Both the position numbers and the translations under genes were made by a program. 64,000 nucleotides of DNA from Longimicrobiales bacterium (lineage in GTDB: Bacteria; Gemmatimonadota; Gemmatimonadetes; Longimicrobiales; Gaopeijiaceae). The first letter of the stretch is position 1. Every line of letters begins with the position of its first letter. The notes under the pieces were generated by a model. That model saw nothing but the letters and a program-made list of their open reading frames with translations. It did not search any database and was not told the origin of the DNA. The stretch covers positions 320,001-384,000 of the forward strand of contig OZ242008.1 in the NCBI GenBank assembly GCA_965204735.1. The letters run 5' to 3'. Positions 10,724-19,934 of the stretch are shown piece after piece.

Positions 10724-11932
10724 CTACCAGCGGAACCAGAAGCGCTGCCACAGCGCGCGCTCGCGCTCCCGGAAGACGTCCTTGCTCTCGCCCGTCAGGT
10801 CCACGGGCTGGACCCAGAACCGGCACCCGTCCTCTCCGAAGGCGTCGGTGCGGTCCCGGCCCATGCGATAGATGGGCTCGGTCAGGCGCAGGAACTCATC
10901 TGGGGAGTACTCTCGGTCGTCTTCAATCTCGCGGTCGGCGTAGAGCGCGGCCGGATCGTTCGCATGTCTCTCGTGGACGATGCCATAAAGCCGCATTCCA
11001 CGGTTGGTCAGCTCCACACGGAAAATGTGCTGGGGATCTCCTGCGGTCATCCAGCAGGGAGGCGGGTCCACGCCCCTGCCTTGCGTCAAGCGTTCGATCT
11101 CGGATTCCCGGTACTCGGCTCGACCCACCGCGCGGGCCCGAGCCTGTTCGGAGCGCTGAAGTCGGGCGCGGAGCGAGTCCGGGGGGCTGCCAGCGGCCAG
11201 GCGCTCCACCTTCCTTCGTCGCGCGTCGCTGGACCGCACGGCCTCTCGGGCGTCTTCCAGCTCTCGGGACAACAGATCGGCACGAGCTGCCTGCGCGACA
11301 ATCGAGTCGGCGTCCGCAGGCGTCAGCGAGTCGGCGTCCGCAGGCGTGAAGCTCCGGTACCGGGCCACTTGGGAGCGGATGCTTTCGACGACCCTTTCAG
11401 CGTCGGCCATGCGCGCTTCGACGGAGTCCCGTCGGGCCTCCTGCCCGCCCAGCCGCTCTTGGGCCCAGCGCAAGGAGTCCCGAAGCACTCCGAGCTGATC
11501 GGCCTGCTCCGCTGTCCGGCGCACCGATTCTTGGGCATCGGCCCCTGCGATGTTGCGCAACCGGGCCTCCGCCGAGTCGGCGCGAGTTCTTGTCTGGGCC
11601 AGCTCCCGTTTCGCACTGTCCGCTCGGGCTTCGGCGGACGTCAGTGCCTCCCGCAACCGGCGGGCCTCTTCGTACCAAGCGTCGGTGTTGGTCCACGACG
11701 TATCTCCGCCCAGCAGCAGCGCATCCGCGATCTCCAGGTCCACCTGACGGTCTTCCAGCTCATCCTGGGTGTCTTCCAGCTCACCTACGACCCTGTTGTT
11801 TTCATTTCCAAGATTAAGCAAGAGCGCGGCACACGCCAGAAGCAAGATGAAGACGACGACGCTGAAGGTCTCGGCCAGGGTCATGCCCAGAGCCAGCCCC
11901 TTGCGGTAGTGAGTCTTCTCGGCGGGAAGCAT
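10724..11932 (-). CDS. single-TM coiled-coil protein, MotB/ZorB-like N-terminus with Glu; unknown Cys-containing C-terminal domain
   Basis: GMTLAETFSVVVFILLLACAALLL TM helix, long charged helical region, and C-terminal PPCW...CRFWV. Purine-rich RBS; lies 21 bp after the MotA-like gene. Confidence 0.6.
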   Translation of the reverse strand: MLPAEKTHYRKGLALGMTLAETFSVVVFILLLACAALLLNLGNENNRVVGELEDTQDELEDRQVDLEIADALLLGGDTSWTNTDAWYEEARRLREALTSAEARADSAKRELAQTRTRADSAEARLRNIAGADAQESVRRTAEQADQLGVLRDSLRWAQERLGGQEARRDSVEARMADAERVVESIRSQVARYRSFTPADADSLTPADADSIVAQAARADLLSRELEDAREAVRSSDARRRKVERLAAGSPPDSLRARLQRSEQARARAVGRAEYRESEIERLTQGRGVDPPPCWMTAGDPQHIFRVELTNRGMRLYGIVHERHANDPAALYADREIEDDREYSPDEFLRLTEPIYRMGRDRTDAFGEDGCRFWVQPVDLTGESKDVFRERERALWQRFWFRW

Positions 11933-11953
11933 AGAGCTTTCCCTACTCCCGTC

Positions 11954-13441
11954 TCACCGCAACCACGGGAAGAACCGCTTGAGGCGACCGGATCGGCGGC
12001 GGGTCCCTGTGTGCTTCCCCAGCTTGTCGATCACTTCCTTGCTCTGCAGCGCGATGTCGTACAACTCCTTTTGGGTCTCCGTCAGCTGGTCGGTGAGACC
12101 GTTCAGGTCGGCCGCTGCCTTGCTCGCTTCGGTCGCAGCCGTCGAGATCTGTTCTGCAGCTTCGCTTCCAGGGCCGGCAAGCTGGCTCCGCATTCCCTTG
12201 GCAGCCCGAGACACGGTCACCAAGTCGCCTTGCGCCTGCACCGCCGCGTTCTTCATTCCCTCCAGGCCCTTGCTGGCAGCGGTAGCGTGTCCGCCAACCT
12301 CGCCAAAGCCCGAAGTCGCTTCCGCCATGCGCGCGCCAGCTTCGACGACGTTCGACGCCAAGGTCGAAACGGCCGCCGCCGCCGCCTTGTCGAGCCTCGC
12401 CTCGAGAGCGGCGACCTTACTCGAAGAAGACTTCACGGAACCCAGCGAACGAGTCGCTGCCTTGGCCCCGTCGGCGCAGGCGTCGGCCATCTTCTTGAAC
12501 TCATCACGAACTCCGACGACTTCGGTCCCGAGAGTCGACACTTGGGCCGTCATTCCGGCCATTTCCCGAACCGCCAGATCCCCGGCCTTCAGTAGTCCCG
12601 TCTTGGTTTCTTCGATCGCGGCCTCCACGGTCGGCAGCACCTTCACAGCGCCATCCAGGGCGGCCCCGAAGCCCCGCAGGGACTTGTCCGCGCCTGCCAG
12701 GCGCTCCTCCAACCCGGCGACGGATTCGCTGCCGCGCCTCACCGCGCCTCGGAAGTCGTCGACCGAACTGGAGAACGCCTCGGACATCTCCACAACTTTG
12801 GCGGAGTATGCGGCCAATGCCGCAGCGGTGGAGTCGGCCTTCTCGACGGAGCTGGCGATGCCGTCCGTCGTCTGCTGCAACGCGTCGGCCGAACGCTTCA
12901 GGTGACGCACCAAGTCTTCCATGTTCCGTCCACCTTGCACGACGATGCCCGTCATTTCGTTGATCGCATTTTCCAGGGCCTTTGTCGCGTGGGTCGTGAT
13001 GTCGCCGGGGGAGTCCTGCGTCATGGTGAAAAGAACCCGTCCCCCAAGGCCAACGATCGTCGTCACCAGAGCGATCCCGAAATCATGAATAATACGGTTA
13101 ATGGTGCCAACACTCAAGTCGCCGCCGCTCCGGCTGAGAACGATCAACGCCGACACGAGCGATGCAAACGTGAACAAGAGCCCCAGGTAGTAGAAGCCGT
13201 CGCCCTTGGTGTCCGGCGAGACGTGCTGGTTTCGGTAAGCCACCCAGCCGTGAGCCGCCATCAGCAAGCCAAGGAGGATGGCCGTCCACCATCCAGCCGT
13301 CCACCATCCAACCCAGTCGACGACCCTGGCCAGAATGATCAGGAGGAATCCGATCCCCAGCACAGCGCCCCACGCCTTCTGGTGCCCGCGTCGCGCCTTG
13401 TCCCCGTCGTCGAATCCGGGGCGTTCCGGGATCAGAGTCAT
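11954..13441 (-). CDS. MotA/TolQ/ExbB/ZorA-like membrane protein with long C-terminal coiled-coil tail
   Basis: TM motifs YYLGLLFTFASL and FGIALVTTIVGL, followed by about 350 aa of Ala/Ser-rich heptad-like tail. ATG 13441 overlaps the upstream stop (ATGA); alternative start 13459. Confidence 0.68.
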   Translation of the reverse strand: MTLIPERPGFDDGDKARRGHQKAWGAVLGIGFLLIILARVVDWVGWWTAGWWTAILLGLLMAAHGWVAYRNQHVSPDTKGDGFYYLGLLFTFASLVSALIVLSRSGGDLSVGTINRIIHDFGIALVTTIVGLGGRVLFTMTQDSPGDITTHATKALENAINEMTGIVVQGGRNMEDLVRHLKRSADALQQTTDGIASSVEKADSTAAALAAYSAKVVEMSEAFSSSVDDFRGAVRRGSESVAGLEERLAGADKSLRGFGAALDGAVKVLPTVEAAIEETKTGLLKAGDLAVREMAGMTAQVSTLGTEVVGVRDEFKKMADACADGAKAATRSLGSVKSSSSKVAALEARLDKAAAAAVSTLASNVVEAGARMAEATSGFGEVGGHATAASKGLEGMKNAAVQAQGDLVTVSRAAKGMRSQLAGPGSEAAEQISTAATEASKAAADLNGLTDQLTETQKELYDIALQSKEVIDKLGKHTGTRRRSGRLKRFFPWLR

Positions 13442-14280
13442 CCTTCTACTGGAACCCATCGAGGACGTGCTTCCGCCTCGGCCCCCGCGTCAAGGAAGTA
13501 GTCTTCCCAAAACGCCCTCAGCTGCCCCGCCTGCAAGCGGCCCGCGATGCCTCGGCGAGCCAGGAGAAAGACAGTCACTCGGACGCCGTTCAAGTCGACC
13601 CTCAAGGTTCGGTAGGCCGGGTTCTTGGCGAAAGTCCCGAAGTCGGGGGCTTCCCGAAAAAAGGACAGGTCGGGGGAGTTCTGCACCATGTCCGACACGA
13701 CGAGCACGTGACGTGGAATCGAGCCGCCGCGAGGCTGGAACGCATCGACGACGGCCGCCTGCACGGCCTCCACGATGGGGGAAACCGTGTCGCTGGGAAC
13801 GTCGAGCAGCGCGTTCAGGCGTTCCTCAACCGGATCGCGAAAGCCCTGGGAATACTCTCGCTCGAGAATCCTGCGATTGCTCCACAGGGCCTCGATGGTG
13901 CCGACGCTGTCGGGGTGCGGCGGCACGCAGACGCGCATCTCGGGTGCTGCTTCCCTGCGTCCGGCCCTCGCTACCGTGTACAACCTCATCTCGGTGCGTT
14001 CGGGCATCGAGCCCTCAATGACCTCGACCAATCTGGACGCCACCGATCGGCGCTGCACCGGGCTCAAGGAATCGGACGGATCAAGAAGCACTACGGCTTG
14101 GGCGGGCGGGGCGTCGTCTTGAAGGCAGTTGGCGGAATCGACTCGCACGGGTTCCCTCTGACCCCAGACAAACAACGCGATCACGACCAGCACGCTGACC
14201 ACGGCCAGCACAACCCAGCCCAGCACAATGTACCAGGGCTCCGTGCGCTTTGACGTCGAGCCGTAGACCGGGCGTCTCAT
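13438..14280 (-). CDS. membrane-anchored VWA-like (MIDAS) protein
   Basis: N-terminal TM (YIVLGWVVLAVVSVLVVIALFVW), VVLLDPSDS (DxSxS), VSPIVEAV and VLVVSDMVQNS. Start taken at MRRPVY, after a GAGGT RBS. Confidence 0.68.
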   Translation of the reverse strand: MRRPVYGSTSKRTEPWYIVLGWVVLAVVSVLVVIALFVWGQREPVRVDSANCLQDDAPPAQAVVLLDPSDSLSPVQRRSVASRLVEVIEGSMPERTEMRLYTVARAGRREAAPEMRVCVPPHPDSVGTIEALWSNRRILEREYSQGFRDPVEERLNALLDVPSDTVSPIVEAVQAAVVDAFQPRGGSIPRHVLVVSDMVQNSPDLSFFREAPDFGTFAKNPAYRTLRVDLNGVRVTVFLLARRGIAGRLQAGQLRAFWEDYFLDAGAEAEARPRWVPVEG

Positions 14281-14282
14281 CG

Positions 14283-15749
14283 TCACGCGACCTCGGTTCG
14301 GGCGATCTTCCGAACCTCGGTCTCGCATTCCTTGTAGCAGTCGTTCACCTTCTTGATCCGCAGGTCCTTGGCGGACTTGGCTTCCGCCGCACGGCGCTGC
14401 GCATCGGATCGAGAAGCGATGTCCGGCTTGGCCGGCACGTCCGGCAACTTCCAGTTCGCGGTCCACTCGGCCTTCCAAGACTCGGGTTCGGGCTCCGTTC
14501 TTGGAGCAGCCCGGTTCGCCGACCGGTACGACGCGATGGCGCTCCGGCAACTTTCCTGCAAGTACCCGGCGTCTTCACACAGCTCGGCATGGTGCTTGCA
14601 GAGCTGGTCGTATGCTTCGCTTGCCCGGTCGTAGTGAGCGACTGGGTCCGCCAGGCGCACATGACGTTCTTGTCGCTGGACAGCTTTCGCCCGGCGCCGA
14701 TCCAGGTCTTCCAGCAAGTCGCCCACGTAGCCGTCGAACTCCTCCTCCGCGCGCCGGCAGTTCTGCGCCGCCTGTCCGAACCCGGGATAAGGATCCTGCC
14801 TCCCCCACCACTTCCAGGCGGCCCCTCCGAACATCGCCAACCCAATCAACATGAGCACGTAGGACTGAAAGTCGTTGAGCACGAACCATTGGTTCCACAA
14901 CAGACAGATGGCCTCTCGTCCTGCAACGATCTCGTCGTTTCCTTGCCAGCAGGCCGCAGCGACGCTTGCCTCGGAGCCCGGCGTCGGGGTGGCAAGCGTC
15001 GATACGCTCCCGACGCTGTCCGGGGCAGGCGGATAGTCCACTGGAAGAGCTTCCCGGTAATGGGCAACGCCCAGGTTCAGCAGCACTCCCACGGCGACGA
15101 CTATCGCGAGGACGAGCACCCCCGATAGGCGCTGCGGATCGCTCATCCTCGCGGCCCGACCAAAGAGCCGCGCGATGAGCAAGCCGGTGGCCGACCCGAG
15201 GAAGACCACGTTGACCAAACTGATCATTACCGCATAGGTCATGCCGCCCAGGAGGCCGCCGCGGAGGTTCGCACCGAAGAAAAAGCCGTTGATCATCGTC
15301 TCGACGACGATCAAGGCCGTAAGGATTGCGAAGAACTTGAGAGCACTCTCGGGCATCTTCGGCGCTTCGCTGCCGTCCAAGCCGTACTTCTCCTCGATGA
15401 TTCGAAGCTTGTTCCGAGACTCCTCCACTCTTCCCCGATGTCCTTCCAGGTCCACCTTTGCCGTGAGAATCATGTTCTGCATGGCTTGACAGCTCTCTTC
15501 CGCCATCGCGTCGGCATCCTCTTCGGGCCTCTCCAGCTTCATGCGCCCTGTCAGCGTGTCCTGGTCATTGCGATAGACCTCCAGTCGATTCTGAAGAGCG
15601 CTGTGGCACCAGCTCGCGACTTCGGCTTCCACCGGATCGAGGCCCGGCTCGGTCGCGGGGGGCATGTTGAAGCTGCCGTTCTGCCGACCCTTCTTCAGGA
15701 GGTCGAACTTCTTGACGAGGAAGGCTGGGTCAGGGAGCTGGTTCGTCAT
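14283..15749 (-). CDS. 4-TM membrane protein with N- and C-terminal coiled coils, function unknown
   Basis: Start MTNQLPDP; four hydrophobic helices, a DPYPGFG motif after TM4, and charged helical termini. Confidence 0.7.
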   Translation of the reverse strand: MTNQLPDPAFLVKKFDLLKKGRQNGSFNMPPATEPGLDPVEAEVASWCHSALQNRLEVYRNDQDTLTGRMKLERPEEDADAMAEESCQAMQNMILTAKVDLEGHRGRVEESRNKLRIIEEKYGLDGSEAPKMPESALKFFAILTALIVVETMINGFFFGANLRGGLLGGMTYAVMISLVNVVFLGSATGLLIARLFGRAARMSDPQRLSGVLVLAIVVAVGVLLNLGVAHYREALPVDYPPAPDSVGSVSTLATPTPGSEASVAAACWQGNDEIVAGREAICLLWNQWFVLNDFQSYVLMLIGLAMFGGAAWKWWGRQDPYPGFGQAAQNCRRAEEEFDGYVGDLLEDLDRRRAKAVQRQERHVRLADPVAHYDRASEAYDQLCKHHAELCEDAGYLQESCRSAIASYRSANRAAPRTEPEPESWKAEWTANWKLPDVPAKPDIASRSDAQRRAAEAKSAKDLRIKKVNDCYKECETEVRKIARTEVA

Positions 15750-15978
15750 GGGCGGTACGGTTGGAGTTCCAGGGGACGACAATCTGTCTGTTCGCCGTCG
15801 CCGCCGCAAGCGGAACGCTCGCAAGCATCGCGGACACCTCCGCTTCCTGGCCGCCGCTCCTCGGAATTCTGCTGCACCCAGCCGCAGCGAAGTGGTCCGC
15901 CCGGGATGCGCCCCGCCCCCGGCCTGCGCCATCGACGAGGGGCTTTCGGGCGCCGTCGGTACTCCACGGGACCGGACG

Positions 15979-16602
15979 CTATGCATTCCGACGCTGAGCG
16001 ATTCCCCGGCGGTACTGGTTCCTGAGGTCGCCGATGAAGTTGCCGAGAGACGAATCGCTCTTGCCCGCCTTGTACAGGTCCATTTCCGCAACCAAGTCTT
16101 CCGCAATCTCCGGACCGCCGAGCGTGGACGGATTGCCCCCATCGGCCATGACCGCTCGAAGCTTGTTCTTGTAGTAGTGCCGCTCGCACTTGGCGGGCAG
16201 GTCCCCTGGACTGGCGCCGGCTACCTTCAAGACCGCTTTGGGGTCCGACAGATACCAACGCTCGACATGAGGATCGGGAGACGCCACGACCAAGCGGTAC
16301 CGATTCGATTCCCGGGTTGCGCCGGCCACCCGGTCCCTTGCAGCTGCGAACGGCGAGCAGTTGCCGTCGATGCCTACGACCAGAACTTCCGCGGTTGGAC
16401 CCTCCAGGTGCTCGGAGACACGCTGGTACAGCTTGAATTCCCTGACGGCGCGCGGATGTCCGCCGCGAGCCGACCGAACGCGCACCAACGTGCGAGCCCC
16501 CTCCTCGCGGCCGATGCGTGCGATCAACGCTCTCAGGAACGCTTCGTGCATCCTGTCTTCGCAGAAGAGGTCGACAACCATCCTCGTGTCGACGTCACTC
16601 AT
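15979..16602 (-). CDS. DUF4276-like / TOPRIM-like protein, partner of the AAA ATPase
   Basis: VVDLFCED (TOPRIM Glu), RGGH, VVGIDGN and VERWYLSDP motifs. Start overlaps the ATPase 3' end. Confidence 0.72.
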   Translation of the reverse strand: MSDVDTRMVVDLFCEDRMHEAFLRALIARIGREEGARTLVRVRSARGGHPRAVREFKLYQRVSEHLEGPTAEVLVVGIDGNCSPFAAARDRVAGATRESNRYRLVVASPDPHVERWYLSDPKAVLKVAGASPGDLPAKCERHYYKNKLRAVMADGGNPSTLGGPEIAEDLVAEMDLYKAGKSDSSLGNFIGDLRNQYRRGIAQRRNA

Positions 16603-17845
16603 CCAGAAGTCCGCGTAGAACCAAGCCCTGAAAGGACGCATGTTCGCCTGGCGATGCCAGTGCGGTGGCGATCTCCTCGTCCTTGAGAAGGGGGCCGCTT
16701 GCGTCGAAGGGATTGATCACCGTCCTGCCGTCGGACAAGCGGACGTTGAAGAGGCCGACGCCTTCGACCCCGTCTTCGTCTTGTATTCTCAGGACCGAGT
16801 CGACGAAAAGGGGCGAGTGGGTGGTGACGATCACTTGGCGCTGCTCGCGTTCCGACAAGGACATCAACAGGCGCGCGATCTCTTCCACGCGTCTTGGGTG
16901 GACGCCGTTCTCGGGCTCCTCCAACGCGACCAGGGATCCAGCCCACGGATTGACGGCGATTGCGCACAGGGCAAGCAGGCGCAATGTCCCTTCCGACAGA
17001 ACGCGAGAGGAATAGCTTGTGCCGTCTTGCCGTATCTGCATGTCCAAGATGCCTCGGCGTTCGTCCAGGCCGACTTCCAGCGCCTCCACGCCTGGCACGA
17101 TTGTTCGCATCACACGCCCAATCGCCTTGAACAGCCGAGGCTCCGTCGCCTTGAGCTTGTACAGGAATGCCGCCAAGTTGTGGCCGTGTGTGCCGATGTC
17201 CGTCACGTCCATGGGCGCTTCGTCCTGCCGCATGACGAGACGTGGCTCGAAGTGATACGTGCGCCAACCGGCGAACTCGTTCCGCACGTCGTCGAGCCAC
17301 GAGTATCCGTTGCCGCTGAGGCTGCGGTCGGAGAGGACCGAGTGGTTGAGGCCAAGACGTTCCTTGCGCGGACGCCCAGGCCCCGAGTTGCCCTTCCGAC
17401 GGATGTGGAGAACGCCGTCGGCGGCCTCGATCGCAGGAGTGCCCCAGACCGTGCCGGTTGGCCGGAGGCGCGCCAGATACTCGTCGGAAACGCTCAGCTC
17501 GCCCGACCGGAAGTTCATCGACGGCTGAACCCTGTACCGATAGTGCATGTCCTTCGTGCCGACGTCGGCTTCCAGGGCAAAGTGGGCCGAAGGTCGCCGT
17601 AGCAGCGCAGGCAGTCCTCCCTCTCCAAAGGAAAAGGCTTCCACGGAACGACCGCGAACGGGAAATGGTCCCCCCAAGGCATCCGGCAACGTGGGCGCCC
17701 TGGCGATCCACGAAAGGGCTTGAATCGCGTCCAGCAGGTTGCTCTTCCCCGTGGCGTTGGGCCCGAAGAGAACCGTGAAGCGAGGCAACTCGACCGTGAC
17801 GTCGGCCAGCGACTTGAAGCCTTGGACAGTCAGTCTGTTCAGCAA
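16595..17845 (-). CDS. ABC-type AAA ATPase (AAA_15/AAA_21-like)
   Basis: TTG start after AAGGAG; GFKSL, GPNATGKSN, LSEGT, ALEEPENGVHP and VTTHSP motifs. Confidence 0.9.
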   Translation of the reverse strand: MLNRLTVQGFKSLADVTVELPRFTVLFGPNATGKSNLLDAIQALSWIARAPTLPDALGGPFPVRGRSVEAFSFGEGGLPALLRRPSAHFALEADVGTKDMHYRYRVQPSMNFRSGELSVSDEYLARLRPTGTVWGTPAIEAADGVLHIRRKGNSGPGRPRKERLGLNHSVLSDRSLSGNGYSWLDDVRNEFAGWRTYHFEPRLVMRQDEAPMDVTDIGTHGHNLAAFLYKLKATEPRLFKAIGRVMRTIVPGVEALEVGLDERRGILDMQIRQDGTSYSSRVLSEGTLRLLALCAIAVNPWAGSLVALEEPENGVHPRRVEEIARLLMSLSEREQRQVIVTTHSPLFVDSVLRIQDEDGVEGVGLFNVRLSDGRTVINPFDASGPLLKDEEIATALASPGEHASFQGLVLRGLLDE

Positions 17846-17972
17846 CTGGCCTGCTCCTTGCTTGATCGGTCGCGGCACGCCTCGCGGGACGGCGGTCCCT
17901 TCGCTGCACGCGTCCCGAAACCGTAGGGCGCCCTGGCCGGCGCCGCCAGCCGGCGCGGACACTTCCGCTTCC

Positions 17973-19547
17973 TCACCGCCGCCCCTCCGGCGTCCCGTAG
18001 GGGTAGAGCGTTCCCAAGTCCACGTTCTCGTAGGGGAGCGCGTCCAGGAAGGTGGTGCCGACGAACGGCTCCGGGGCCTCCACGATCACGATCGTGGGCG
18101 CGAAGCCGGTCTCGTCGAAGCCGCGGCGGAAGTGGACCCGGGACTTGACCACGAACACGTCGTAGTCGGCGGGGTCGATCTCGCCCAGCCGGAAGGCGCC
18201 TGGGTAGAGGACCTGCGTGTAGGTCGGGGTCAGGAAGACCACGTTGCCGTCTCCGAAGGACACGGCCGCCACCGTGTCGTGCCCAAAGCCGTCGCCGAAG
18301 TGCTCCAGCACGCCCCGTACCCGGTAGGGGACGCCGCCCGACGGCGTGAAGCCGCCGACCTCCATGTCGAAGGAGTCGCCGGGACGGGCGCCCGAAGCCG
18401 ACAGCGCCTCCAGCGCGGCGGGCGAGGTGATCGTCCCGTACAGCACCTTGCCCAGCCCGACCTGCTGAAACGCCGCCAAGACGTGCGTCGCGTCGCCGGG
18501 CCGGTCGCTGTGGTCGCCGACGGCCACGGGAGTCTCGCCCGCCGCCACGGCCTCGGCCACGAGCCGCGCCGCCTCCGACGGCCCGGGGTAGCTGCCGACG
18601 GCGAACTCCTCGCGCACGCGCCAGATGAAGTCGTCCATGTCGTCGGCGATGCGGTCGGCCAGGGCCTGGTCGTCGTTGGTCATGACGTGGACGGTGGCGC
18701 CTACGTCGGGCACGTCGGACCACGGGTAGCCGTAGAAGACGTTCACGTAGGCGTCCGCTTCCCGCGCCTCCCAGCGCCGGGCTCGCTCCATGATGTCCAT
18801 CGACGGGGAGCGGCCCGTCCATTGGAGCACGGTGGCGGTGACGACTCCAGGCTTGCGGGTGGCGGTCGTGGAGACGTACTCGCCACGGGCGGCCAGGCGG
18901 AGGGCTCGGGCGGCGCGCTCGCCCTGGATGTAGGCGTCGTAGTGCGGGTAGCGCTTGGTGACGAAGGCGAAGTCGGCGTGGCGGAGGAACTCGCCGTCCT
19001 CGTTGCCGTGGAGGTCGAAGGTGGCGGCGATGGGGACGCCGGGGCCGACCAGCTCGCGGAAGCGCCGAGCGATCTCGGCCTCGGGCCGGGGAACGTCCCG
19101 CACGGCCATTGCGCCGTGCAGGGAAAGGTAGACGGCGTTCACGGGCAGCTGGTCCTCCAGCTCCGCCAGCATCGCTTCCAGGAAGTGGTCGAAGGTCTCC
19201 CGCGTGTTCCAGCTTCGGGACGAGCCGCCGAAGACTCCGTTGGGCGAGGCGAGGGGGACCAGCTCGACGTCGCCGAACTCGCGAGCGCGCTGGGCGAAGC
19301 CGCGCAAGTAGGCGCCGGACGACAGGAGCGCGTCGCCGGAAAGGGGCTCGCTTTGCCGAAGCCAGTCCTCGACCTCCGTGTCCCCGCCGGGGCAGAACGT
19401 GCAGGTCTCGTGCTGGTACTTGGCGACGGCGAAGCGGAGGGGCGCGCGCTCGGCCGGCTCGGCGCAGGCGAGCAGCGCCAGGCACGACAGCGCGACGGGG
19501 GCCAAGCGGGGGTCCGCCCCGGCAGGGCGAGGGCAAGTTCTGGTCAT
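17973..19547 (-). CDS. M81 (MlrC-like) metallopeptidase, lipoprotein signal
   Basis: HETCTF, LSLHGAM, FDLHGN, YPHYD, DRPGD and VVKSRVHFRRGF motifs; LALLAC lipobox. Confidence 0.88.
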   Translation of the reverse strand: MTRTCPRPAGADPRLAPVALSCLALLACAEPAERAPLRFAVAKYQHETCTFCPGGDTEVEDWLRQSEPLSGDALLSSGAYLRGFAQRAREFGDVELVPLASPNGVFGGSSRSWNTRETFDHFLEAMLAELEDQLPVNAVYLSLHGAMAVRDVPRPEAEIARRFRELVGPGVPIAATFDLHGNEDGEFLRHADFAFVTKRYPHYDAYIQGERAARALRLAARGEYVSTTATRKPGVVTATVLQWTGRSPSMDIMERARRWEAREADAYVNVFYGYPWSDVPDVGATVHVMTNDDQALADRIADDMDDFIWRVREEFAVGSYPGPSEAARLVAEAVAAGETPVAVGDHSDRPGDATHVLAAFQQVGLGKVLYGTITSPAALEALSASGARPGDSFDMEVGGFTPSGGVPYRVRGVLEHFGDGFGHDTVAAVSFGDGNVVFLTPTYTQVLYPGAFRLGEIDPADYDVFVVKSRVHFRRGFDETGFAPTIVIVEAPEPFVGTTFLDALPYENVDLGTLYPYGTPEGRR

Positions 19548-19549
19548 GT

Positions 19550-19933
19550 TCACGACTCCATGGCTGCTGCGAGTCCTCGATCGAACGTCATGATCCGCGA
19601 CACGCCTCGGCGTCGGCAGCACGCCAAGTGGATCAGGTCGCGGGCCGACAGGCAGGGGTTGGCTTCCACAAGCGCCCGCGCGAGCCGGACGTCTTCGGCT
19701 TCCAGCGTCCATACTACGCTCGCGCACTCCTCCGCAAGGTCCAGCGCGGCGTCCAGCGTCGAGTACCGTTCCGTCCGAACGTAGGCGTGCACGAGCTCCA
19801 GGAGCGCCGCCGAGGAAGTGGCGAGCGGCAGCCGCTGGCCGACGGCCTCGACCAGAAGCGCCCGAGCCCTGGTCCGGAGCGGGTGGGGACGCCCGACGGC
19901 GTACATGAAGACGTTCGCGTCGACGAAGGTCAC
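19550..19933 (-). CDS. vapC: VapC-family PIN-domain toxin
   Basis: FVDANVFMYAVG, LLEL, ARDLIHLA and MTFDRGL carry the PIN acidic residues; 127 aa. Confidence 0.9.
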   Translation of the reverse strand: MTFVDANVFMYAVGRPHPLRTRARALLVEAVGQRLPLATSSAALLELVHAYVRTERYSTLDAALDLAEECASVVWTLEAEDVRLARALVEANPCLSARDLIHLACCRRRGVSRIMTFDRGLAAAMES

Positions 19934-19934
19934 G

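Noticed and set aside
11954..13441. Methyl-accepting chemotaxis protein
   Set aside because: The tail is MCP-like in composition but lacks the conserved hairpin-tip motif (LNAAIEAARAG); the TM motifs fit MotA/ExbB better.
10724..15749. Canonical Zorya type I/II or flagellar MotAB
   Set aside because: No OmpA domain, no recognisable ZorC/D/E and no flagellar genes nearby, so it is reported as a Zorya-like candidate only.
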